From a virus (lineage: Duplodnaviria > Caudoviricetes), in the IMG/VR virus record IMGVR_UViG_3300044618_001634, positions 299 to 64,298 of that record: 64,000 bases of DNA. One strand, given 5' to 3'. Both the position numbers and the translations under genes were made by a program. A model generated the notes under the pieces. It did not search any database, was not told the origin of the DNA, and saw only the letters and a program-made list of their open reading frames with translations. Each line of letters begins with the position of its first letter. Position 1 is the stretch's first letter. This document shows positions 19,281-27,820 of this stretch, piece after piece.

Positions 19281-19876
19281 AGATCGTTAACTCTTTGTAT
19301 TGTTTCTTCATACAACACTGGGTAGGATGTGTGTATGTGTGCAATGATATCTTTAAACTTTACAGTCTGTCCAATAAAAGTATCTATTAGTATTTTGTCT
19401 AACTTTAAATAAAACCAAAGTCGATCATTTTCCTGGAAATGTTTTATTAACTGTTCGTCTCGGGCAATAGCATTCCAGGTTAGTTCGGTGGTTAAGCCCA
19501 TGTCCGATAGTGGTCTTAGCGTAATACTAGCAGATGTGTATCTGGCTAAATTTACAAGCCAATGAAACTGTAAAGCAAAATGTCGGTTTAAAAATAAAAA
19601 CTGATCAATCATACTTAAGACTGTGGCACGATCTTGTGCAAGATCTAATTGACTCAAATATGTTTGTACGCCACTAACATAACGTTCGTATGGATCTCGA
19701 ATAAAAACTTCAACAGTGTCAAGTGCGGCCACTTCGTCTAAAGACAATTGTCTGAAACCAGATTTGCGCAGGCTACTGCTACCATTTTTGAATATGTTGT
19801 AGACATAACGACCAGGCGCTACTTCTAGCACCTCGCATTCGTCTGGAAAGATAATAGGATCTATGTATCCGAGCAT
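19262..19876 (-). CDS. Sulfotransferase family 2-like protein
   Basis: IFKNGSSSL (5'-PSB-like) and FIRDPYERYVSG (3'-PB-like), followed by HF..Q. Confidence 0.55.
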   Translation of the reverse strand: MLGYIDPIIFPDECEVLEVAPGRYVYNIFKNGSSSLRKSGFRQLSLDEVAALDTVEVFIRDPYERYVSGVQTYLSQLDLAQDRATVLSMIDQFLFLNRHFALQFHWLVNLARYTSASITLRPLSDMGLTTELTWNAIARDEQLIKHFQENDRLWFYLKLDKILIDTFIGQTVKFKDIIAHIHTSYPVLYEETIQRVNDLCAVLD

Positions 19877-19880
19877 AGAG

Positions 19881-19906
19881 AAAGTGGGGGAGTTTCCTCC
19901 CCCACT
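19881..19906 (-). terminator. Hairpin terminator after gp32
   Basis: 10-bp stem AGTGGGGGAG/CTCCCCCACT with a GAAA loop and a short T tail. Confidence 0.65.
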
Positions 19907-19916
19907 GTCAAACTAA

Positions 19917-20906
19917 TTACTGCTTTTGACGGCTACGAATCATAGCCAAAATGTCTTCAGTTTTTTGTGAAGCTGGTTTTGCTTCGATCGGCGCCGATGC
20001 TACAGGAACCGACGCTTCATCTTCATCATCAAAACTGCTGGTTGGTGCTGGAGCGGCTTTGGTCATTGGTGCTGGAGCATCTTCAGTAGCGGCCGGAGCA
20101 CTAGAACCAGCTGGAGCCGACACACCTGCTGGGCGGAAGTACTGACCCCAACGTTCTGTGTCATAGCTTTGACCATCAACACTTGCTTCAAACATTTCTT
20201 TGATTACTTTAACTTCTGCCTCAGTTGGTTTCTTTGGCAAGAATGTTGAAAGATCAAACAAGCCGTGTTCAGCAACTGCTGCTTGTTCAGCTTCATCAAG
20301 TGCAGTTTCTTTACGAGCCCACTTACTTGTGCTGTAGTCAGCAAAGCCACCTTTGGCTGTTTTACTAATACGGAAGTCTAAACCACGCAGATAATCTGTT
20401 GGCAATTCTTCCAATTCTGGATCCATCAATGCGGACTTGATAGTAGCAAAAATTTGAGGACCAATAATAAAGCGACGGATTGGATTGGCCGGAGCCTTGT
20501 CGTCACCGATTGGGTTTTCACGTACAAATCCTTGGAAAATGTAACTACGCTTCTTCCAATACTTACGACCCATTTCTTCTAGACTCTTGTCTTTGAACCA
20601 ACCGCGTACTTCGGTTAGTACTGGGCAAGTTTCTTGCCACATTTCCATACAAGGAACTTGTACATAAACTTGTTTTGAATCTGCTTCACCCTTGATGCCG
20701 TTAAACGGTAAACGAATCATCTGGCGTTCTTGCCAAAAGAATGTGTTTTTTGTGTTACCATCTGGTAAAAAACGGAGTGTTGTGGATTGTCCTTCTTCCA
20801 TGTTCCAGTGTGGATAAATTGCATTATCACCACCTGTGGAACTATTACCGCCTTGTTTTGATTCGCTAGCGGCCAGACGAGCGCGAATTTCTGATAATGA
20901 TGCCAT
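19917..20906 (-). CDS. gp32 single-stranded DNA-binding protein
   Basis: LRFLPD, C...CPV, YWKKRSY, DFRISK, ADYSTSKW, acidic tail. Confidence 0.9.
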   Translation of the reverse strand: MASLSEIRARLAASESKQGGNSSTGGDNAIYPHWNMEEGQSTTLRFLPDGNTKNTFFWQERQMIRLPFNGIKGEADSKQVYVQVPCMEMWQETCPVLTEVRGWFKDKSLEEMGRKYWKKRSYIFQGFVRENPIGDDKAPANPIRRFIIGPQIFATIKSALMDPELEELPTDYLRGLDFRISKTAKGGFADYSTSKWARKETALDEAEQAAVAEHGLFDLSTFLPKKPTEAEVKVIKEMFEASVDGQSYDTERWGQYFRPAGVSAPAGSSAPAATEDAPAPMTKAAPAPTSSFDDEDEASVPVASAPIEAKPASQKTEDILAMIRSRQKQ

Positions 20907-21004
20907 AATGTGTTGCCTTTCTAAGTTTTATGGTTGTTGCCTATCTATTGTATAGATGTTACGTTGCCTGTGATACTAATGTAAAAAAGCGTATGCACTT
21001 GTGT

Positions 21005-21044
21005 AGTGTACACGCTTAATTCCTTAGCGTCAAGTACTATTTAT
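21005..21044 (-). promoter_or_regulatory. Tandem late and sigma70-like promoters for gp32
   Basis: ATAAATA (21038-21044) followed by TTGACG-N17-TACACT (21033-21005). Confidence 0.6.
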
Positions 21045-21062
21045 GACGCGGTTGTTCTAAAA

Positions 21063-22667
21063 CTAATTTCTCATCATGCCAGAAAGTTGTTTTAGGCGAT
21101 CCAAGAAACTAGTATCTTTTTCCACAGGTTTCATTTTTCCAGGATGGCCATATTGTCCTTTAAGTGGACTATCGTTACATTCGTTGGTTTCGTCGCCTGT
21201 TTCGTAATTGGGTGCAGCTACTACAGTGTCGTCTACGCCGGCAGATTTAAGTACTTGAGCTAGATCATCTTGATACTCTGGGTACGCTGGTTGTTGGGTT
21301 CCGGCAGGATCTTCAGTTTGGGTAGCTGGATCTTTGACTTCGTCTACTTCTTCAATATTACCCGTTGTCTCAATCTCACCTGGGTCAACTTCAGGAGCAG
21401 GGTTCATTGTAGCTTCTGGATCAATTTGAACTTGATCAATAACTGCTTTAATGTCTGGGTTGTCGCTTAACATTTGTAAACGATCGTACACCACCTGGCG
21501 ACAGTCAGCGTCTGGATCTTGCGTGGCCAATTGTTCTAACTCGTCGAACAATTCATCATCACCCAATAGGTCATACAATTGTTCAGTAGAATTAGTAGCA
21601 TCTGTGCCTACTGGAAATTCTTGACTTAATAATTCTACCAATTTACTTTTCTTTTCGGGTGTGTCTGGCAGTTGCCATGTGCCCTCTACAAGAGTATCTG
21701 CCCATGCTTCAAATATGTTTGCTTCTTTCATTTCATTTCCTTGTTGTTGTATACGGGCCAAGATTGGTAAGGCCTCTTCAATTCTGTGATCAATGCTTTG
21801 AGTTACAAACAAATGTTTAATGCCTTCAATCACAACTTCCTGTTCGGTTACCTCAGCAGGATTCCATGATTCAAAATACCGAGTGTAGCCACGTGTACTA
21901 CTCAAATGTTTTAGTGTTTTGTTTGCTGTTTCATAATACGCATTGGTTTGTTCAACCAACTGTGCTGTGTCGCCTTCAAATATTTTGCCATAGTTAGCAC
22001 GACGGAAACGACTCAATACATTTAATTCGTTGACCATTTCGGCAATGTGTTGGCCGCGTTGGTCATATGGTTTGCCGCCCTGGCGTACATGTTCAACCAT
22101 GGCACGTCCACCAGACAATTTTGTAAATGGTAATTTGTATCTTTCGCCGTCGCTGGTCTCAACAAATAATTTTTCAACATAGCGATAACGCTTGTCGCCT
22201 TCTTGTATTGGCTTGCTGTGTTTGATCATTAAACGTGCAGAATCGGGGCGATCATTGTAACTTACAGTTTTGGTACCTGTCCACGATTCAAACAGGCCTT
22301 CTTTAATAGCTGCTTGTCCTTGCATGCTGTAACGTAGACGATTTAGATTTTTTAATCCAAAACTCATTAGGTTACGTTTGGCAAACATACGGATTTGATA
22401 CAAAAAATCAAACCACTCGTTTTTGTCGTCTATTTCCATGCCGCGGCCAATATTGTCACCAAAGTAAACTTCTAGGTCGTTTTCAGTTCCTAGCATAATA
22501 ACAACTGTGCCGTAATCGTTGCCAGATTCTGTAGTGTAGTCGAAACTAAAAACTTCAGCTTCGGCTGGATTTTCAGCTGATTTGCCAGAACTATCCAGTA
22601 GCTCTATGTCAAAATTGCGGCTGACCAGTAGATCGTATAACTGTTTTGCAGGTGTTTGTGTAGCCAT
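21063..22667 (-). CDS. Conserved hypothetical protein, probably prohead core/internal
   Basis: 534 aa; late box CTAAATA; several (I/L/V)-x-E sites; C-terminal LKQLSGM resembles the scaffold C-terminus. Confidence 0.6.
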   Translation of the reverse strand: MATQTPAKQLYDLLVSRNFDIELLDSSGKSAENPAEAEVFSFDYTTESGNDYGTVVIMLGTENDLEVYFGDNIGRGMEIDDKNEWFDFLYQIRMFAKRNLMSFGLKNLNRLRYSMQGQAAIKEGLFESWTGTKTVSYNDRPDSARLMIKHSKPIQEGDKRYRYVEKLFVETSDGERYKLPFTKLSGGRAMVEHVRQGGKPYDQRGQHIAEMVNELNVLSRFRRANYGKIFEGDTAQLVEQTNAYYETANKTLKHLSSTRGYTRYFESWNPAEVTEQEVVIEGIKHLFVTQSIDHRIEEALPILARIQQQGNEMKEANIFEAWADTLVEGTWQLPDTPEKKSKLVELLSQEFPVGTDATNSTEQLYDLLGDDELFDELEQLATQDPDADCRQVVYDRLQMLSDNPDIKAVIDQVQIDPEATMNPAPEVDPGEIETTGNIEEVDEVKDPATQTEDPAGTQQPAYPEYQDDLAQVLKSAGVDDTVVAAPNYETGDETNECNDSPLKGQYGHPGKMKPVEKDTSFLDRLKQLSGMMRN

Positions 22668-22691
22668 AGTGTTATATTTAGCCGATATAGA

Positions 22692-24254
22692 TTAGTAACG
22701 GCTACTGATAAATGGCATAGGAGGTTCCAATACTTCGCCATGATCACGTATTTGATTGTCTATTCCTGAGTCAAATGTTTGTAGTAAAACCATCATACGA
22801 ACAGCTAGTAGTGCGCTCATCACAAGATCGTCGGTTTCGCCTACTTTGCCAGCGTAGCTGGTGCCATGTGCCACAAATGTTTTTAATTCGCTTACCAACG
22901 AACTGCTGCGTATTTTCATTTTGCCAGTTTCGATTAGAATTTTTAGTTTGTTGCAGGCACCAAGTTTTGATTTATTTGTTGTGTTAAACCCTTTGCGATA
23001 TCTGCGACTGCCACCACCGCCGGGTTCACTTAGAAAATAACCTTCAATGTTTTCTTCGCCATACTCTGCAATACTAATCAAAGCAGCCTCACCAATGGTG
23101 TTGTTTTCTACACTAAAATAAATGTTTTTGGGATCTTGCACTGTTTCGTTTAGGTGTTTGCAGATATCACTAAGAATTCTAATCTGTTCCGGAATAGTGG
23201 TTTTATTGTGTCGCCATTCGGCTATTTGTTCTGTGGTATTAGCCTCAAACACTTGTATAGCCGCAGGGTCACCGCCGGTGCCCAAACTAGGATCCAATGC
23301 CACTACATATATTCGATCCTTACGAGGACGTTGATACCAGCGTACTTGACCAATTTTGTACATGGGCTCATGTCCTTGTAGATCGAGCAATTTAGCAGGA
23401 GCAATAAGAGTTTCGTCGTTAATAATAAATTCACAACCCATTTCACGGCGGAAACGATCTTCGCCTAGCTGTGCTTGTTGTTCCGCGGCCCATTTCTCAT
23501 CACGGTCTGGATGTTCATTCCAATAACTACGATAGGCTCTAAATCCGTTAATTCCTAATTCAGTAGGATTGCCGTAGGCATCTTCGCACCGGTTGGCGCC
23601 CTTCCATAATAACGCAAATTGATCCTCGTCACTGTTTGGTGTTGACGTAATAATTGCCTTACCACCAGTGGCCAAGGTTGGTGATATGGAAGTCCAGAAT
23701 TCTTTTGCAATACCAGGTCGAACAAATGCAAACTCATCGGCGTATAGCAAGGATATACTCATACCACGACCGGTATTTTCTGTTGTGGTGGTCGAAACTA
23801 TGCGGCTGCCGTTTTCAAAATCTAGGTTGCCTTTGTTGTAGCTGGTGCAACCTGCTCGGATATGATCTGGGCATAGTTCATAGGCATAACGAATACGTTG
23901 CATGATCTCCTGTGAGCCAGTGTATTTGTGTGCGGCAATCAAGATGGTAGAATCTGGACGAAACATAGCATACCACAGCAAGTATCCAGCGGCACTGGTA
24001 CTCTTACCTGTTTGTCGAGGCATCATGCTGATGCTAAATCTGTAGTTGTGATAGGTATCTATCAAGCGTTTCTGATAGTCAAATGGGTAATACAACATCT
24101 TGCCACGAGTAGGATGTTGTATGTGGAAAAAGTTGCTCATGAAATATTCTGGACCTGTAACAGGGTCCGCACAGGCCATGAATTCTCGGAGTTGTTCGTC
24201 AGTAAACGCAGTGCGTTTGTAAGGAGTTTTGACTAGTGCTGTTTCTTGTGCCAT
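22692..24254 (-). CDS. gp17 terminase large subunit
   Basis: RQTGKS, YADEFAF, TSTPN, ALDPSLG, VENN, TDDLVM. Confidence 0.95.
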   Translation of the reverse strand: MAQETALVKTPYKRTAFTDEQLREFMACADPVTGPEYFMSNFFHIQHPTRGKMLYYPFDYQKRLIDTYHNYRFSISMMPRQTGKSTSAAGYLLWYAMFRPDSTILIAAHKYTGSQEIMQRIRYAYELCPDHIRAGCTSYNKGNLDFENGSRIVSTTTTENTGRGMSISLLYADEFAFVRPGIAKEFWTSISPTLATGGKAIITSTPNSDEDQFALLWKGANRCEDAYGNPTELGINGFRAYRSYWNEHPDRDEKWAAEQQAQLGEDRFRREMGCEFIINDETLIAPAKLLDLQGHEPMYKIGQVRWYQRPRKDRIYVVALDPSLGTGGDPAAIQVFEANTTEQIAEWRHNKTTIPEQIRILSDICKHLNETVQDPKNIYFSVENNTIGEAALISIAEYGEENIEGYFLSEPGGGGSRRYRKGFNTTNKSKLGACNKLKILIETGKMKIRSSSLVSELKTFVAHGTSYAGKVGETDDLVMSALLAVRMMVLLQTFDSGIDNQIRDHGEVLEPPMPFISSRY

Positions 24255-24290
24255 ATGTTAATTTATGGCAAAAACTGGTAGTTCAAAAAG

Positions 24291-24731
24291 TTATTGGCAC
24301 CAAGACTGTTTGGCATCGCCGTAGTATTCACGTGCAAAGCCGTTGCGGATCAGTTCGGCTCTTAAACTAACACCGTCCAGGATCATGTCGCCCAAGACAC
24401 GGCCGCCAAACTTGTCCCAACCGTATAATATTACTTGATGCCGTTTGGTTGACTTTACAACGTTTTTGGTAAACTCACTGGCGGCTTGGCCACGAGTATC
24501 TTCGCTGGGGCATTGAGCACGATGTCCTTTTTCAGGAGTATCTACTCCAAATATTCTCACTGCCAGTTCAGGTTTGAGTGGTTGTGGCAGGAACGGTGCG
24601 GCAATTACAATGGTATCGCCGTCGCTGACTCGGATGATCTGTGCGTCATAGGTGGCAGAATTTTTGGGCATCTTGCCTTGTGCCACAACAAGTGCTGGCA
24701 CTATCAATAATAGTGCTAGTAATTTTTTCAC
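24291..24731 (-). CDS. Thermonuclease (SNase) family protein with a signal peptide
   Basis: Probable GTG start at 24731, MKKLLALLLIVPALVVAQ; DGDT, RIFGVDTPE, DKFGGRVLG. Confidence 0.85.
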   Translation of the reverse strand: MKKLLALLLIVPALVVAQGKMPKNSATYDAQIIRVSDGDTIVIAAPFLPQPLKPELAVRIFGVDTPEKGHRAQCPSEDTRGQAASEFTKNVVKSTKRHQVILYGWDKFGGRVLGDMILDGVSLRAELIRNGFAREYYGDAKQSWCQ

Positions 24732-24744
24732 AATTAGTCCTTCT

Positions 24745-26448
24745 TTAATTTGTAAGTTCTTCCCAACCCAGTTTATACAACAGGTCAGCATTGTTGGCAG
24801 TGTAGGCCACAGCCAAGGTCAGGGTAATGGGTGTGCCGGTAACATCTCGTTTGAGCTGTAGGCGTCGCTTGAGGTCTTCACCTATGGCCACAGTGTCGCG
24901 GCTGCTGGTCAGACCAGCATAGACCACCGTGCCATCTGTAATAGTATTGCTGTGTACAGCTGTCTGAACCACAGAATTTGTCACATTGCTGAATGACGTG
25001 GTGAATGTGGCGCCTTCAATCAGTTGGAACTGCCCATATCGCACATCTATCAACAATAGGTCAACTTGTGCTGGCAAGACCACTGCGTCTGGATAGGCTG
25101 GGTTTAATCTGATGCTGGCCAAAGCAGTAAGTGTGTTGCCTGTGGCAATTCTAGTGGCCACAGCTCCGTTGCTGATATAATTTATTGTGGTAGCTGGATT
25201 GTATCCGCCTTCTGAAATCACTGTGCTACAGATCTGCTTCATAGTAGTGGCACCCGAGGTAGCACCAGTGTTGGTTATTTCGTAGCGAGGATTTAAGGTA
25301 GCCGTGGTCATGTACACACGGGTGTTGCCGGGTTGATTGGCATGTTGGAAGGTGTGGCACACAATAAACGCACCGTTGATGATAAATCCGGCTCGCACAT
25401 TGCCCACACCTAACCACTCTATATCAGACCACAAGATCTGTGTAAGGGTTGGATCAAGTACAATGCCCGATGCTCCGGCGCCATTAAGGGGATCGCCATT
25501 CCAGCTACTTTGAGCGATGCGTTCTTCAACTATGGAGCCTGTAGCAGATGATCTGATCACCAAGTACAAGGTAGTGCCGTCGGCTTCAAAATACACACCA
25601 TTTTCGGTGGTAAAATATCCCACTCGCTGGCGACAGTTGGCCCGGAGTGTGCCCATGGCAAAAGTGTTCATGATCAGCAGACTCTTGCCGGGCTGATAGG
25701 TTTGTGTGGTAAAACTCTGATTGATCACGCTGGAAGCGTTGGCTGTGGTCACAGCAAGATTGAATGAACTTTCAGCTGGCACATAGGTTATGGTACCTCC
25801 AGTGGCAGTGACGTTGCTGAACTGTCTACCATCAATGTAGCGATTTTGACTGTCAAACAGGGTGTAGGGTTGACTTACACGTAGGCGGCCAAACGCATCT
25901 AGGTTTGTTCCACCAATGGTTGTGGCAACATTGCCACCAGTGATTGTGGCATTTACGTTGCCGTCTACGGTAAGGCTTCCGCCACCGTCTACTACTGTGA
26001 CATTGCCTGTAATACCTGCCAAGTTGCCGGTAAGGCCCACGTTGCCCGACGTGATGGCTACGTTGACATTGCCGACTACTCCTACATTGCCAGTTATAGG
26101 ATTAACTGTGACATTGCCTGTAATACCTGCCAAGTTGCCCGCGATGCCCACATTGCCTGAAACTGTGACATTACCTCCGGTTACTGTGACATTGGTATTG
26201 CCAATAGGCATATAAGGCACATTAAGTATGCCAGAAGTTCCTATTTCGTCAAGATGAACGTGAACTGGGTCTTCGGCACTACTGTTAACGGTTACAGTTC
26301 CTGGAATGTTAACGTTGCCCTCGATAACAATGTTTCCTGCGAAGCCTGTTCGCACATACACATTGCCTGTGGTTTCGTCAAGTGCCAGAGCCTGCGTGAT
26401 GTTACGCAGGTACCACGGTGCTACTTGTGAAGGATCTGGGATGGCCAT
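24745..26448 (-). CDS. Virion structural protein with GN(V/I/L) repeats
   Basis: 567 aa; GNV-rich region followed by a beta domain starting DAFGRLRVSQPYTLFDS. Confidence 0.6.
   Translation of the reverse strand: MAIPDPSQVAPWYLRNITQALALDETTGNVYVRTGFAGNIVIEGNVNIPGTVTVNSSAEDPVHVHLDEIGTSGILNVPYMPIGNTNVTVTGGNVTVSGNVGIAGNLAGITGNVTVNPITGNVGVVGNVNVAITSGNVGLTGNLAGITGNVTVVDGGGSLTVDGNVNATITGGNVATTIGGTNLDAFGRLRVSQPYTLFDSQNRYIDGRQFSNVTATGGTITYVPAESSFNLAVTTANASSVINQSFTTQTYQPGKSLLIMNTFAMGTLRANCRQRVGYFTTENGVYFEADGTTLYLVIRSSATGSIVEERIAQSSWNGDPLNGAGASGIVLDPTLTQILWSDIEWLGVGNVRAGFIINGAFIVCHTFQHANQPGNTRVYMTTATLNPRYEITNTGATSGATTMKQICSTVISEGGYNPATTINYISNGAVATRIATGNTLTALASIRLNPAYPDAVVLPAQVDLLLIDVRYGQFQLIEGATFTTSFSNVTNSVVQTAVHSNTITDGTVVYAGLTSSRDTVAIGEDLKRRLQLKRDVTGTPITLTLAVAYTANNADLLYKLGWEELTN
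25994..26139. repeat. 35-bp exact direct repeat within a coding repeat region
   Basis: actgtgacattgcctgtaatacctgccaagttgcc at 25994-26028 and 26105-26139, encoding GNLAGITGNVTV twice. Confidence 0.85.
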
Positions 26449-26840
26449 TATCTTGGATATCCTTTAAATGCCTTCACAGGGCTGTCTGTGTCTACAAACT
26501 TGGGTTCTCGACTATCGGCTGTGCTTACTAATTCTTTGCCGCCTGGAGTTTTGGTCATTTGTAATGCTTGGTCAATTATTTGTTCTATTCCACCATTCAT
26601 GCCTACCACAACACCGTGCTCACCAAACGCTGTTTCAGCTGTCCATTCTGGTTTGAATGGATCTATCGAGTGATTGTCTGCGCCAGCATTGCTTCTGGCT
26701 CGAGCCATGGCCACACCAAATCTATAGTTGTTGTAAGGATCACTGGCACTGAGTCCTGGAATCACATAAGTGTAACGCATGGGTTCGGCCAACTCAGCCG
26801 GCAACTCTCGTTGCTCAGTGATAAACTCTCGAGCTCTCAT
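26448..26840 (-). CDS. Putative internal head protein
   Basis: Start MRAREFITE (ATGA overlap); ends SPVKAFKGYPR. Confidence 0.65.
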   Translation of the reverse strand: MRAREFITEQRELPAELAEPMRYTYVIPGLSASDPYNNYRFGVAMARARSNAGADNHSIDPFKPEWTAETAFGEHGVVVGMNGGIEQIIDQALQMTKTPGGKELVSTADSREPKFVDTDSPVKAFKGYPR

Positions 26841-27130
26841 TCGCAATTCCAACGTCGACGTGCAGCACAAATTGCCTTGTCAGGAGTTTTGCTACAATCA
26901 ATATTGTGCATTTTCTTTTGACCAGCTGATCTGGAGCAATAGCTCTTGCGACGCTTACTGTCCTTAGAACCTTTTTTGAGTTTACTTGGCTTGGTGGTCA
27001 CAGCAGTTTTTAATTTACTGCCTGGATTCTCACGTCGATAAGCCTTGACTGCTTTTTTACTCATGCCGGCTGTGCGATCTTTTTTGTTGACCTTTTGCCA
27101 ATCTTCTACAATAAATTCTGCGGCTCTCAT
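26837..27130 (-). CDS. Basic putative internal head protein
   Basis: MRAAEFIVE N-terminus; Lys-rich; RRKSYCSRS...C...C.ARRRWNC. Confidence 0.65.
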   Translation of the reverse strand: MRAAEFIVEDWQKVNKKDRTAGMSKKAVKAYRRENPGSKLKTAVTTKPSKLKKGSKDSKRRKSYCSRSAGQKKMHNIDCSKTPDKAICAARRRWNCE

Positions 27131-27501
27131 CTTGGGTATCCCTTAAATGCCTTTACTGGACTAGTTTTATTAGTTGATTCAGTTTCTTGACTTTCGTTAT
27201 CACCATGATTTAAATCGTGATGTTCACTACCGGTGGCTTTTAACGCTTGTTTTAACATTTTTGCTTCGGCATCGGTGTAAGGGTGTGCGGTGTTAAATTT
27301 TCCAGACCACGATTCGGTGTCTAGATTTAACGGCGCATCAGTACCGTCAGCGCAAGCAGCAGCCATCATAACACGATTTAATTCATATATGCGATCAAAA
27401 CCTTGAGGGTCTCGAAAGGTAGAAAGACCACGAGTGGACTGTTGTCTACGATGACCAATTTTGCCCATGCGTTTCTCAATGAGAAACTCTGCCGCTCGCA
27501 C
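27127..27501 (-). CDS. Putative internal head protein (paralog of 26448..26840)
   Basis: GTG start MRAAEFLIE; ends SPVKAFKGYPR. Confidence 0.65.
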   Translation of the reverse strand: MRAAEFLIEKRMGKIGHRRQQSTRGLSTFRDPQGFDRIYELNRVMMAAACADGTDAPLNLDTESWSGKFNTAHPYTDAEAKMLKQALKATGSEHHDLNHGDNESQETESTNKTSPVKAFKGYPR

Positions 27502-27503
27502 GA

Positions 27504-27815
27504 TCAGCTTCCTGTGACGCCGGCTGTTGCTGAACTTGCTGTGCCTAACTCTGCGGCAGTGAATGTGCCAGTGAGAGTAAGTTTATTACCAGCACCTACA
27601 TAAATTTGTACAGTAGAATTGGCAACAACACTAACAGCGTTACTCCAAATATTGCCAGCTGGTACAGAGGTGTAGGTTACACCATTACCATATGGAGTGG
27701 TTAACCCTACTGCATACACTTGGTAGGTAACTGCATTGTCTAAAGCAACAATTTCGGCCTTATCGGTGTACCAAGTTATATTGCCTGCCGATGAAACTAC
27801 ATTAGCCTGACTCAT
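27504..27815 (-). CDS. Small structural protein (decoration-like)
   Basis: 103 aa, rich in A/G/T/V/S, in the late operon. Confidence 0.55.
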   Translation of the reverse strand: MSQANVVSSAGNITWYTDKAEIVALDNAVTYQVYAVGLTTPYGNGVTYTSVPAGNIWSNAVSVVANSTVQIYVGAGNKLTLTGTFTAAELGTASSATAGVTGS

Positions 27816-27820
27816 TTTTA

